Shown piece by piece: positions 55,497 through 64,000 of a DNA stretch of 64,000 nt (positions are counted from its first letter, which is position 1; each line of letters starts with the position of its first letter). The stretch is from Candidatus Micrarchaeia archaeon (GTDB taxonomy: Archaea; Micrarchaeota; Micrarchaeia; Anstonellales; JAHKLY01). The translations under genes and the position numbers were made by a program. The stretch lies in the NCBI GenBank assembly GCA_041653315.1, contig JBAZFO010000003.1, forward strand, positions 1,180 to 65,179. Direction: 5' to 3'. The notes beneath the pieces were generated by a model. That model did no database searches, was not told the origin of the DNA, and was given only the letters and a program-made list of their open reading frames with translations.

Positions 55497-58319
55497 TTGA
55501 AAGGTGAAAATATGAAAAAAATAAATGAAGCAGAATGGGAAATTCCAAAAGAAGGCAATATGAATGTACCAATAAAAATTATTGGAACTGAAAAATTAAT
55601 TGAACAAATGAAAAGAGACAGAACATTTAATCAAATAAAAAATGTATCAACATTACCAGGGATTATTAAACATGCATTAGTGATGCCTGACGGCCATGAA
55701 GGATATGGTTTTCCTATTGGGGGGGTTGCTGCATTTGATTTAGAAACAGGAGTTATACCTCCAGGAGGGGTCGGATATGATATTAATTGTTTAACTGGAG
55801 ATACAAAAATTCCAACACCATATGGATGGTATCTAAAAATAAAAGATTATAATTTTCTATCTGATATTTCATTAGTAACAAATGGAAATACATATCTATT
55901 CAATACTCTTCAAAATTATTTTGTTTCTTCAAAACAAGGCCAATCAAAAGTTAAAAATTTTATGTATAAAGAATATAAAGGTGAAATATATAAAATAAAA
56001 ACAACTGCTGGAATACTAAAATGTACGGAAGAACACCCTATATTTACTATAAATGGAAAAAAATCAATAGATATTTTAACAATAAAAGATATGATTTTAT
56101 GCAACCCACATTTAGGGGTAGAATATAAAAAATACAAAGGAATTGAAGAAGATAAAAAATTATCTATATTTAGTAAAATTTTTGGATATCTTCTTGGAGA
56201 CGGAACAATTTATAAAACTAAAAACAAATTTTATGCAGTAGCTTATGGAACAGAAGAAGACCTTAAAAAAATGTCAATTGATTTAAAATCAATTGGTTAT
56301 TCTTCAAAAACATATCACAGATTAAGAGACCACTGTATAAAAGGAAAAAGTTTCAAAGCAGATAATTGGGAATTACATATTTATTCAAAGGAATTTATTG
56401 AAAAACTAATTAAACTTGGAATGCCTTTAGGAAATAAAACTAAAACAAAATTTGAAATACCTAATTGGATAATAAAAGGACCTAAATGGATAAAAAAACA
56501 ATTTTTAGCCGGGTATTTTGGAGCAGAAATGTCTAAACCTAAAAGTATGAGTAAAACATGCTTATATTTACCAGATGTAACAATGACAAAAGAAACAAAA
56601 TTAATAGACAATCTCAGATTTTTTATGCTACAGATAAGCAAAATATTAGAAGAATTTGATATAGAAGTATCAAAAATCTCAATTATTGAAAATGAAAAAG
56701 ATAAAAGTAGAATACGACTACTTATTAATGGTAAACCTAAAAATTTAATAAAACTTTATTCAAAAATTGGATTTGAATATAATAATAAAAGAGACTTTTT
56801 AGCAAAATGTGCAATATTATATTTAAGAAAAAAAATTAAAAATAAAAAAGAGAGGAGTGAATTAGCAAAATGGATTAAAAATAAAAAAGAACAAGGATTT
56901 AAAGCTAAAGAAATCAAAAAAATATTAAATGAAAAAATCAACGATAGGTTCATTGAGAGAGCATTTTATGAAAATTGCACTACAAGATTAACTCTTGATT
57001 TTCCATCTTTCAAAAACTTTGTCAAAGAACAAAAAGAATATTTTGAAGTTTATGGTACATTAATAGCTGAAATCATATCTATAGAAAAAAGAAAATTTGA
57101 AGGAAGAGTTTATGATTTCACTATAGAAAAAGATCACAATTTTGTTGCTAATGGAATTATAGTTTCAAATTGCGGGGTGAGATTAGTAACAACTGGTTTA
57201 ACTGTGGATCAAGTTAAACCAAAAATTGATGTTTTGATTAAAAAATTATTTGATAATGTCCCATCTGGTGTAGGTTCAAAAAGTAAATTACGTTTAGATG
57301 AAAATCAATTAAAAGATGCTTTAATAAACGGAGTAGAATGGGCAGTTAAAAATGGATATGGAAGACAAGAAGATATTGAAAATTGTGAAGAATATGGAAA
57401 AATGGAAGGTGCAGATCCATCCGCTATATCACAACAAGCACTAAAAAGAGGAAAACCTCAATTTGGAACATTAGGTGCAGGAAATCATTTCTTAGAAGTT
57501 CAGAAAGTAGATGAAATTCTATCTCCAGAAATAGCTGAAAAATTTGGTTTGAAGAAAGACCAAGTTGTTGTAATGATTCATTGCGGTTCAAGAGGATTAG
57601 GACATCAAATATGTGGAGATTATATTGATATAATGCTTAGAGCATCTGAAAAATATGGAATAAAATTAGCTGATAAAGAATTATGTTGCGCCCCAATAAA
57701 ATCTGAAGAAGCACAAAATTATATGAAAGCAATGAAATGTGCTGTTAATTATGCTTTTACAAATAGACAAGTAATAATGCATTGGGTAAGAGAAACTTTT
57801 GATGAAGTTTTTGGAAAAGGAACAAGTAATGATATGCATCTAGTATATGATGTTGCACATAATATAGCAAAAATTGAAGAACATGAAGTAGATGGGAAAA
57901 CAATGAAAGTATGTGTACATAGAAAAGGAGCAACAAGAGCATTTGCAAAAGGAAGGAAAGAATTACCTAAAAAATATATTGATATCGGACAGCCAGTTCT
58001 AATACCTGGTAGTATGGGAACTGCATCTTATGTTTTAGTTGGAAAACAAAAAGGAATGGAAGTTTCTTTTGGTTCAACATGTCATGGGGCAGGACGTGTA
58101 ATGTCAAGATCAGAAGCAATAAGGTCTTTTACTTTTAATCAAATCAAAGAAGAAATGAATGCAAAAGGAATAAAATTATTAGCTGCAGATAGACAAGTAG
58201 CACAAGAAGAAGCTTCAGGAGCATATAAAGATGTCGACGAAGTAGTTAAAAGCGTTGCGTTAGCAGATATTAGTGAAATAGTTGTAAAATTAAAACCAAT
58301 AGGTGTTGTAAAAGGATGA
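55497..58319 (+). CDS. rtcB: RtcB-family RNA 3'-phosphate ligase (tRNA-splicing ligase) interrupted by an intein
   Basis: Exteins: ...PDGHEGYGFPIGGVAAFD...GVGYDIN / CGVRLVTTG..., with HxxGxRG-type catalytic His motifs in the C-extein (GAGNHFLE, HCGSRGLGHQ, CHGAGR). Joined extein is 479 aa. Confidence 0.9.
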   Translation: MKGENMKKINEAEWEIPKEGNMNVPIKIIGTEKLIEQMKRDRTFNQIKNVSTLPGIIKHALVMPDGHEGYGFPIGGVAAFDLETGVIPPGGVGYDINCLTGDTKIPTPYGWYLKIKDYNFLSDISLVTNGNTYLFNTLQNYFVSSKQGQSKVKNFMYKEYKGEIYKIKTTAGILKCTEEHPIFTINGKKSIDILTIKDMILCNPHLGVEYKKYKGIEEDKKLSIFSKIFGYLLGDGTIYKTKNKFYAVAYGTEEDLKKMSIDLKSIGYSSKTYHRLRDHCIKGKSFKADNWELHIYSKEFIEKLIKLGMPLGNKTKTKFEIPNWIIKGPKWIKKQFLAGYFGAEMSKPKSMSKTCLYLPDVTMTKETKLIDNLRFFMLQISKILEEFDIEVSKISIIENEKDKSRIRLLINGKPKNLIKLYSKIGFEYNNKRDFLAKCAILYLRKKIKNKKERSELAKWIKNKKEQGFKAKEIKKILNEKINDRFIERAFYENCTTRLTLDFPSFKNFVKEQKEYFEVYGTLIAEIISIEKRKFEGRVYDFTIEKDHNFVANGIIVSNCGVRLVTTGLTVDQVKPKIDVLIKKLFDNVPSGVGSKSKLRLDENQLKDALINGVEWAVKNGYGRQEDIENCEEYGKMEGADPSAISQQALKRGKPQFGTLGAGNHFLEVQKVDEILSPEIAEKFGLKKDQVVVMIHCGSRGLGHQICGDYIDIMLRASEKYGIKLADKELCCAPIKSEEAQNYMKAMKCAVNYAFTNRQVIMHWVRETFDEVFGKGTSNDMHLVYDVAHNIAKIEEHEVDGKTMKVCVHRKGATRAFAKGRKELPKKYIDIGQPVLIPGSMGTASYVLVGKQKGMEVSFGSTCHGAGRVMSRSEAIRSFTFNQIKEEMNAKGIKLLAADRQVAQEEASGAYKDVDEVVKSVALADISEIVVKLKPIGVVKG
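55788..57170 (+). mobile_element. Intein (461 aa) with LAGLIDADG homing endonuclease inserted at the GYDIN/CGVR site of RtcB
   Basis: Starts CLTGDTKI (Cys1) and ends ...GIIVSN followed by Cys+1. LAGLIDADG blocks IFGYLLGDGTIY and FLAGYFGAEMSKP. Confidence 0.8.
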
Positions 58320-58328
58320 GGTGAAAAT

Positions 58329-59096
58329 ATGGAAATATCTATTACAAAATTAGTTGATGAAGGATGGAAATTATATTTAAAAAATTATACTAAATTATTT
58401 GTCCCATTTTTATTAATATTAGTATCAACAATAGTATTACTTCTTTCAATGTTTGGGATTGGTTATTTTTCAGTTTTATCATTAACTGACTTTCAAACTA
58501 ATATTCAATCAATATTTGCTATAGGTATAATAATATTTATATTCATATTAGCAATATCAATAATCACTCAAATGCTTGAATTTTCAGTATATAAACCAAT
58601 ACAAGAGATCATAAACAAGAAAAAACCAACAGATTGGAAAAAGAATTTTAAAAATCAATTTAAAAATACAATAAAAACCATAATTGCAAGTCTAATTATC
58701 TTCATTCCTTTATTAATTGCAATTATTTCTTTCGCACTTTCCATTTTTTATTATTCTACAAGTACCCTAATTTTTGCAATAGGTATATTAATCACAATTA
58801 TCTTAGGATTAATAGGAATTGCCTTATTATTTAGTTCAATGTTTATAGAATACAATATTGTACTAAAAAATATGGGAATTATTGAATCTATTAAAAAAAG
58901 TATCAAAACAGTAAGACACAATATTGGAATCTGTTTAGTATACTTGTTTTTTTGGGGTATTCTTAGTTTTATATTATCATTCGTAGGAATGATACCAATT
59001 ATAGGTATGTTCGTTAATTTGATAATTCAGATATTTATTATAGCTCCTGTATCTATTTTTACGTATATTTTATTAGCAAACAAGCTAATAAAATAA
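58329..59096 (+). CDS. Polytopic membrane protein, hypothetical
   Basis: About 6 TM segments. Confidence 0.4.
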   Translation: MEISITKLVDEGWKLYLKNYTKLFVPFLLILVSTIVLLLSMFGIGYFSVLSLTDFQTNIQSIFAIGIIIFIFILAISIITQMLEFSVYKPIQEIINKKKPTDWKKNFKNQFKNTIKTIIASLIIFIPLLIAIISFALSIFYYSTSTLIFAIGILITIILGLIGIALLFSSMFIEYNIVLKNMGIIESIKKSIKTVRHNIGICLVYLFFWGILSFILSFVGMIPIIGMFVNLIIQIFIIAPVSIFTYILLANKLIK

Positions 59097-59144
59097 ACAT
59101 CTCCTTTTTAAATTTTTTTATTGTAATAATCTCGGCGAGATTGA

Positions 59145-59906
59145 ATGTTTAGTTGGAATAAAGAAATTGAAGAGATATTAGAAAAATATACTTCGTATAG
59201 TATAAATAATGGAAATCTTACAGAATTAGAGATTGAAAAGCTAAAATTGAACTTACTTTTAAAAACAATTGAAAATTCAAAAACTTTAATTGAAACAGAA
59301 GAAAGAAGCAAACAAATACAACAAAAAATACATGATTTAAGCTATGCATTTGCATTTGCTTCTTTAAAAGATAGAAAAAAGAGAATAAAAACTAGAATAG
59401 AAAAAACAGAAGAATTTATAGAGCGAATAAATAATACCTCAACAAAAGGGGAATTTTATGAAGAATTAGTCAAACAAGCAAAGGAAAGGATTGAACAGTA
59501 TAAAAAAATTGAGGGTATCCCAACTATTGAAAGAAATATTGTTGAATCTGTTTTAAAAAAACAAATTGAAAATAAAGTATCCCAAACTAAAAAACAAATA
59601 ATAAAAAATGCGATTACTGCTCCTTTAAGACCAGGTAAAGAAGTAAGAGTTTTATTAGATAAAAAAACATTAACTATAATAAATGAAAAAACAAAAATAC
59701 AATATGAAACTGAAAACGCAAATAAAGAAATTGAAGAAATATTTAAGATTAGAAATTTATTTGGTGTTTCATTAAACGAATTATATTCTCCTTTGGTTAT
59801 AGATATCAAAAAACAAGAGGATAATATAAAAATGGACATAACAGAAAAAATATTTGAAGGAAATAAAATAAAAACTAAAAATCATTCAGTTTTATTTGAA
59901 GCATAA
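59145..59906 (+). CDS. Coiled-coil hypothetical protein
   Basis: K/E-rich, helical. A 7-bp perfect inverted repeat AATCTCG-G-CGAGATT sits immediately upstream. Confidence 0.35.
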   Translation: MFSWNKEIEEILEKYTSYSINNGNLTELEIEKLKLNLLLKTIENSKTLIETEERSKQIQQKIHDLSYAFAFASLKDRKKRIKTRIEKTEEFIERINNTSTKGEFYEELVKQAKERIEQYKKIEGIPTIERNIVESVLKKQIENKVSQTKKQIIKNAITAPLRPGKEVRVLLDKKTLTIINEKTKIQYETENANKEIEEIFKIRNLFGVSLNELYSPLVIDIKKQEDNIKMDITEKIFEGNKIKTKNHSVLFEA

Positions 59907-59980
59907 GTTTAAAAACACCTATTTATTTAATAATAATATCGAGATGTGAGCTTTAAGCTTGAATCGACTAATTCATAGAG

Positions 59981-60517
59981 GTGAGTTCCATGGGATTATA
60001 TACCTGGATAAAGAAAAGTTTTCAAAATGAGTATAAAACAGGAAGTTTAGAATATAAACAAAGACTTCAAGATTGGAGAAAAGAAGGAGTAATTACTTAT
60101 GTTGGAAAACCAACAAATATTGCAAGAGCAAGATCCTTAGGATATAAAGCAAAAGAAGGTTTTTTTGTAGTTAGAGTAAAAACTAAAAAAGGTAGAAGAG
60201 CAAGAAGTGCACCTGTTGGGGGTAGAAAACCAAGTAAAAATTTTAAATACATTTCCCCAGGAAAATCATATCAAGCTCAGGCAGAAGAAAAAGCTGCAAG
60301 AAAATATTCAACTAGGGAAGTACTTAATTCCTATTGGGTAGGAGAAGATGGGCAACAAAAATATTTCGAAGTAATAATGTATGATTCTACTTTAAATACA
60401 ATACCAAAAGAATTAAGAAATAAAAAAGGTAGAGCATTTAGAGGATTAACAAGTATTGGCAAAAAACACAGAAGTATGAGACATAGAGGAAAAGGCATGA
60501 ATAGGCCAGTAAGATAA
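59981..60517 (+). CDS. rpl15e: Ribosomal protein L15e
   Basis: YKQRLQDWRKEGVITYVGKPTNIARARSLGYKAKEGFFVVRVKTKKGRRAR matches L15e. Confidence 0.85.
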   Translation: MSSMGLYTWIKKSFQNEYKTGSLEYKQRLQDWRKEGVITYVGKPTNIARARSLGYKAKEGFFVVRVKTKKGRRARSAPVGGRKPSKNFKYISPGKSYQAQAEEKAARKYSTREVLNSYWVGEDGQQKYFEVIMYDSTLNTIPKELRNKKGRAFRGLTSIGKKHRSMRHRGKGMNRPVR

Positions 60518-60524
60518 GATTACT

Positions 60525-60977
60525 ATGTACAATATTGTTTTAAATAAAATAAAGGAAAATTTTGATTTTGAGGAACTTTTCCTTTATACCTCTTTTTCTA
60601 TTTTTAAAACAGATAAAATAAGAATCGCATGTTCCCAATGTAAAAAAAATAAAATTATATACTTAGAAACATACGAGCCTTCAATGGAAATAATTCAAAA
60701 ACTTAAAGAAAAAAAAAGTATTTTACTTATAAATTTATTAGATATAATAAATAAAGAAGGCCCAAATAGAAGTATTTTAATAAATAGAATAAAATTATTA
60801 TTAAAATTATGTATAAAATATAAAATAGAATTTATATTTTCTTTTTTAGCTTTAAATGAAATGGAAATGAGAACTTTTAAAGAAGGTATTGCGCTTGGGG
60901 TTTTATTAGGTTTAAAACCAATTCAAGCTAAAAATGCATTTATTAATATTAAAAAATTAACTGAAAAAGAGGAATAA
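60525..60977 (+). CDS. Possible reduced RNase P protein subunit (Rpp30-like position), hypothetical
   Basis: Assigned only by its position between rpl15e and the Pop5 gene (the conserved archaeal L15e-Rpp30-Pop5 order). At 150 aa it is shorter than typical Rpp30; no motif confirmed. Confidence 0.3.
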   Translation: MYNIVLNKIKENFDFEELFLYTSFSIFKTDKIRIACSQCKKNKIIYLETYEPSMEIIQKLKEKKSILLINLLDIINKEGPNRSILINRIKLLLKLCIKYKIEFIFSFLALNEMEMRTFKEGIALGVLLGLKPIQAKNAFINIKKLTEKEE

Positions 60978-60981
60978 AAAA

Positions 60982-61308
60982 ATGGGAATAAAGCCTACTG
61001 CAAGAATGAAAAAGAGATATATTGCATTTCAAGTTATTGGAAAAGATGCAGATAAAATTAGTGATATTGAAATTAAAAATACATTTTATTCTATTCTTAA
61101 TCAGCTTTATGGAGAAATTGGTTTTTCAAATTTAGGTTTTAATTTAATTGAATATAAAGAAAAAAAAGGAATAGTTCGTTTTAGAAGACAAGAATTAGAA
61201 AAAGCAATATCTAGTTTTGCATTTATAAAAAATATAAACAACAAAGAAGCTCGTTTATCTCCTTTAAGTACTAGTGGAAGTTTAAAAAAATTAAGAGAAA
61301 AGTTATAA
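60982..61308 (+). CDS. RNase P protein component Pop5 (Rpp14 homologue)
   Basis: KRYIAFQVIG near the N-terminus and SGSLKKL near the C-terminus fit the Pop5 RYI.FE ... SGT pattern; 108 aa. Confidence 0.65.
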   Translation: MGIKPTARMKKRYIAFQVIGKDADKISDIEIKNTFYSILNQLYGEIGFSNLGFNLIEYKEKKGIVRFRRQELEKAISSFAFIKNINNKEARLSPLSTSGSLKKLREKL

Positions 61309-61893
61309 TTCTTGTTCTAATTCATTTAATACTCTTTTAAGATTATATAATTTACCTAAAACAAATGGGTCTTCTGTTTTTTCATATATTACTTGATAAT
61401 ATTCCTTTCTATTAGAAAAAGCTAAAAATAAATCTCTTTTTAAATTTAAAAAATCAATATAATTTTTATCAGAATCTAATTTATTTTGCATAAAGGGTTT
61501 TAACTCTTCAGTAATATATCTTAATTTAAATAGACAATCTAAATTCTTTCCAAGTTTCGTTAATTCTAATGCTTTTTTAGAAGCCAACAATAAATTTTTA
61601 GATGCAAATAACATTCTTTCAATATACAAGTCTTCTGAAATATCTGTATCCAAAGATAATAATTTTGAAGATTTTAAAGCAAATTTTGCTGCTTTCGCAA
61701 ACTGATTATTCTCTGCAAAATATTCTGCTAACTCCCATAGATGATTGGATAACTTATTTTTTGAAGAAATTGAATTACCACCAAATATTTTTGCACTCAA
61801 AATTTTAGTATTTAAAAAAATTTGAATTGCCCTATCTTGTAAAGGTACTGGAAAAAAATCTCTTTGTATTTTTGTATTAATTTCTGATAACAT
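61303..61893 (-). CDS. Alpha-helical hypothetical protein (paralogous to the next gene)
   Basis: HLWELAEYFAENNQFAKAAKFALKSSKLL resembles LSELAFSNHRFEVAKRKKSLLKY in 61915..62325. Confidence 0.3.
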   Translation of the reverse strand: MLSEINTKIQRDFFPVPLQDRAIQIFLNTKILSAKIFGGNSISSKNKLSNHLWELAEYFAENNQFAKAAKFALKSSKLLSLDTDISEDLYIERMLFASKNLLLASKKALELTKLGKNLDCLFKLRYITEELKPFMQNKLDSDKNYIDFLNLKRDLFLAFSNRKEYYQVIYEKTEDPFVLGKLYNLKRVLNELEQEL

Positions 61894-61914
61894 ATTTACA
61901 CTTCCATTATTAAC

Positions 61915-62325
61915 TTATATTCCATATATTCTTTTAAAACTAGTATTTCTTCCTTCTTTTATTTCCTCCTCAGTTAATTCAACATCTTCAACATAACTTA
62001 AGAATTTTTCTATTTGTTCTAATTTCTTTTCGCTATTTAAGTTTTCAAAACAATCTTTTGCACACAAAAGCATCATTTTAGCCAATTTTCTTTCTTGCTC
62101 TCCTCCTTTATTTAATAAAACCTTTGCTCTTCTTAAACAGATATCTCCTGCTGAATTATATTTTAATAAGGATTTTTTTCTTTTTGCTACTTCAAATCTA
62201 TGATTTGAAAAAGCTAATTCACTTAACATTTTTGCTTGTATCCAAACATACATTCTTTCTCTTAAAGTTAATTCAGATATAATAAACTCTTTAGGTTCTG
62301 TAAATCTACTTACCAAATTAAACAC
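61915..62325 (-). CDS. Alpha-helical hypothetical protein
   Basis: ORF only; paralog of 61303..61893. Confidence 0.3.
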   Translation of the reverse strand: MFNLVSRFTEPKEFIISELTLRERMYVWIQAKMLSELAFSNHRFEVAKRKKSLLKYNSAGDICLRRAKVLLNKGGEQERKLAKMMLLCAKDCFENLNSEKKLEQIEKFLSYVEDVELTEEEIKEGRNTSFKRIYGI

Positions 62326-62459
62326 CTCTCTAATTAATATTAGTTTTGTGTTAAAATATATATTTAGTTGTATTTAAAAAGGTTTTTATATGGGGATTTA
62401 TAAAAAAACGCTGGAGCAAATAAAATTTGCTTGGTGCATTTTTTCTACAGAAAAAATAG

Positions 62460-62676
62460 CGCCGAGGGAGGGATTTATTCAATTTCTTTCTTTTTGGTTA
62501 AGCTTTTTCTTTCTTTTTAAAGAAAGAAAAAGGTTATTGAACCCCCAAGTCCGTGAAGACACACGATTTCTTATTTTTATTTTGTTTTCTTTTCTTTGCT
62601 TAAGCTTTCTTTTCTTTTCCAAAAGAAAAGAAAGGTTATTCCAGTCGTGCGCACTACCAGATTATGCGACCTCGGC
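62460..62676 (-). tRNA. tRNA-Ser (anticodon GGA, long variable arm) with two introns: canonical 37/38 in the anticodon loop and a second in the T-loop (58/59)
   Basis: Exons GCCGAGGTCGCATAATCTGGTAGTGCGCACGACTGGAA / ATCGTGTGTCTTCACGGACTTGGGGGTTCAA / ATCCCTCCCTCGGCG. Variable-arm hairpin GTCTTCACGGAC. Poly-T follows. Confidence 0.6.
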
Positions 62677-62782
62677 ATTACTATGACGAGGGTTGTAAGC
62701 TTTGCTTACTTTACCTCGGCATGAATATAATATATGACGGAGGATTTTCATGAAATGAAAACTGACCTCGGCATAATTATTA
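62667..62782. repeat. About 2.5 tandem units of about 50 bp upstream of tRNA-Ser. Each begins with a copy of the tRNA 5' end (ATGCCGAGGT) and forms an inverted repeat with ATGACG(A/G)AGG
   Basis: ACCTCGGCAT at about 62669, 62713 and 62765, paired with TATGACGAGGG and TATGACGGAGG. Confidence 0.65.
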
Positions 62783-62896
62783 ATAAACAATAATTAACTA
62801 CAGAAATTATAATAATAAGACTTTAAAAATTAACCGGATGAAAAAATCAAGATATTTAAAAAGTAGTTAATTAAGATATCCTCTTTATTATTTTAA

Positions 62897-63772
62897 TTAT
62901 CTAAACTCTATTGATTCTGGAGTATGTACTCTGTAATATCTTCCGAGTTTACATATCAATCCATTAATCTCCATAGACATTTGATCAGATCTATCTTTAG
63001 AATATGCATAACGCGTTTTACAGAAAGAGGGAACATCAGAAAAAAAATTAGTATCTACAATCCGAGTATGTTTCAAAAATTTTGGTTGAATAAAACCATG
63101 AGAATCATAAGTTGTAATAAATTTAGATTCAATAAACATATTCAAAACTACCTCTAACCCATAACCTATTCTTTTAACTACCTCTGGTTTTTCATTTTTA
63201 TCTATTACAATTCCAGTAATTAAATAAAACCAAGGTATGATTGATTTTTTTCGTCTAAAAATTTGTTTAAATAGTTGAAACCAAGAGATTTTCTTTTTAT
63301 CATCTAAAATAGGTTCTAATGCCTTAATTCTTAAAGCTCTTTGGCCACTTAAATAAGTGATGCTCTCCTTTGTTGTTCCAATTGTCATATTTATGTTTTC
63401 ATTATTTAATATTGGATTAATAAGCATATCAATTTGTTCTTCTGAAACCTTTAGTAAATCAGCATCCAACATTAAAATTATATCTGCGCCCATTTGATAA
63501 GATGCTTTTGCTGCGCAATAAAATGCAAATGCTTTTCCCATATTTTCAGGTAAAACAATATTAATAAAACCGGGATTTTCTAAATAAGCTTCTAATTTTC
63601 TCTGTGAACTATCTTTACTTCCATCATTAATTGCTATTATGCCATCTATTTTCCCTTCATTCAACATATCATTTAAAGGATTAAGTGTTTTATGTAAATT
63701 TTTAGCTTCATTATAAACTGGCACAATTGCCATTATTTTATGTGGCTTTTTGGCTGTTTTTTGAGATTTCAT
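62897..63772 (-). CDS. Family 2 glycosyltransferase (dolichol-phosphate sugar synthase-like)
   Basis: MAIVPVYNEAKNL, INDGSKDSS, DxD in LMLDADL. Confidence 0.8.
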   Translation of the reverse strand: MKSQKTAKKPHKIMAIVPVYNEAKNLHKTLNPLNDMLNEGKIDGIIAINDGSKDSSQRKLEAYLENPGFINIVLPENMGKAFAFYCAAKASYQMGADIILMLDADLLKVSEEQIDMLINPILNNENINMTIGTTKESITYLSGQRALRIKALEPILDDKKKISWFQLFKQIFRRKKSIIPWFYLITGIVIDKNEKPEVVKRIGYGLEVVLNMFIESKFITTYDSHGFIQPKFLKHTRIVDTNFFSDVPSFCKTRYAYSKDRSDQMSMEINGLICKLGRYYRVHTPESIEFR

Positions 63773-63865
63773 ATTAAAAGATGTGTTTTTGGGTGTTTAT
63801 AAATGTAATGTTTTATATAAAAAAAGTATAATTATTTAAATAAAATAATAAAAATTAAATAGAAA

Positions 63866-63910
63866 AATAAAAAAATAGAAAAATAAAAAATAAGAAAAAT
63901 AAAAAAAGAT
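63866..63910. repeat. Low-complexity tandem repeat, three to four units of (A/T)AGAAAAATAAAAAA
   Basis: ATAGAAAAATAAAAAAATAGAAAAATAAAAAATAAGAAAAATAAAAAAAG. Confidence 0.5.
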
Positions 63911-64000
63911 TTGGCCTAGATTATTGAAAATCTTTCTTTTTTATGTTCTGTTGGTGCACCGGGACCACCTATTTTTTCTACTTTTTCTGTTTTTCTTGCT

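Noticed and set aside
62390-62686. ORF 62390..62686(+)
   Set aside because: Lies antisense across tRNA-Ser and its introns. The FLSFWLSFFFLFKERK-type translation is a polypyrimidine hairpin artefact
63944-64000. Possible C-terminal end of a minus-strand gene running off the right edge (...SKKNRKSRKNRWSRCTNRT*)
   Set aside because: Too short a fragment to support any call

Overview
This is a strongly AT-rich window that looks archaeal and DPANN-like. The archaeal assignment rests on fibrillarin, Dph2, ribosomal protein L15e with RNase P Pop5, CDP-archaeol synthase, archaeal-type AlaRS, short XPF, LAGLIDADG inteins and intron-containing tRNAs. Shine-Dalgarno-like GGTG/AGGTGA motifs sit in front of many starts, and the ORF track uses TTG at some called starts. 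Housekeeping genes include Sua5/YrdC, IPP isomerase, a DEAD-box helicase, XPD, Dph2, PEP synthase (with intein), fibrillarin, a ZIP transporter, glutamate dehydrogenase, PolX, a DHH/DHHA1 nuclease, AlaX, AlaRS, two tandem APC permeases, XPF, QueA, a HAD hydrolase, CarS, RtcB (with intein), L15e, Pop5 and a GT2 glycosyltransferase. Accessory content: a type II restriction-modification pair bracketed by 33-bp perfect direct repeats; a VapBC-like pair with a frameshifted toxin; four nucleotidyltransferase-type toxin modules (two of them AbiEi/AbiEii pairs, one bracketed by 26-bp direct repeats); a MazEF-like pair; and a type IV pilus locus with six pilin-like genes, an ATPase and two platform proteins. 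The most unusual feature is the tRNA set. All five tRNAs carry introns, and four of them (Lys, Glu, Val, Ser) have an intron inside the T-loop between TTCAA and AT (position 58/59). tRNA-Glu appears to have three introns, tRNA-Ser two, and tRNA-Ile one in the D-loop. The introns fall into shared sequence families. Several tRNAs are preceded by partial hairpin-embedded copies of their own 5' ends. gdhA is flanked by an 85-bp direct repeat that is a duplicated copy of the polX 3' end. All calls were made by eye from the sequence and the ORF track; no searches were run.
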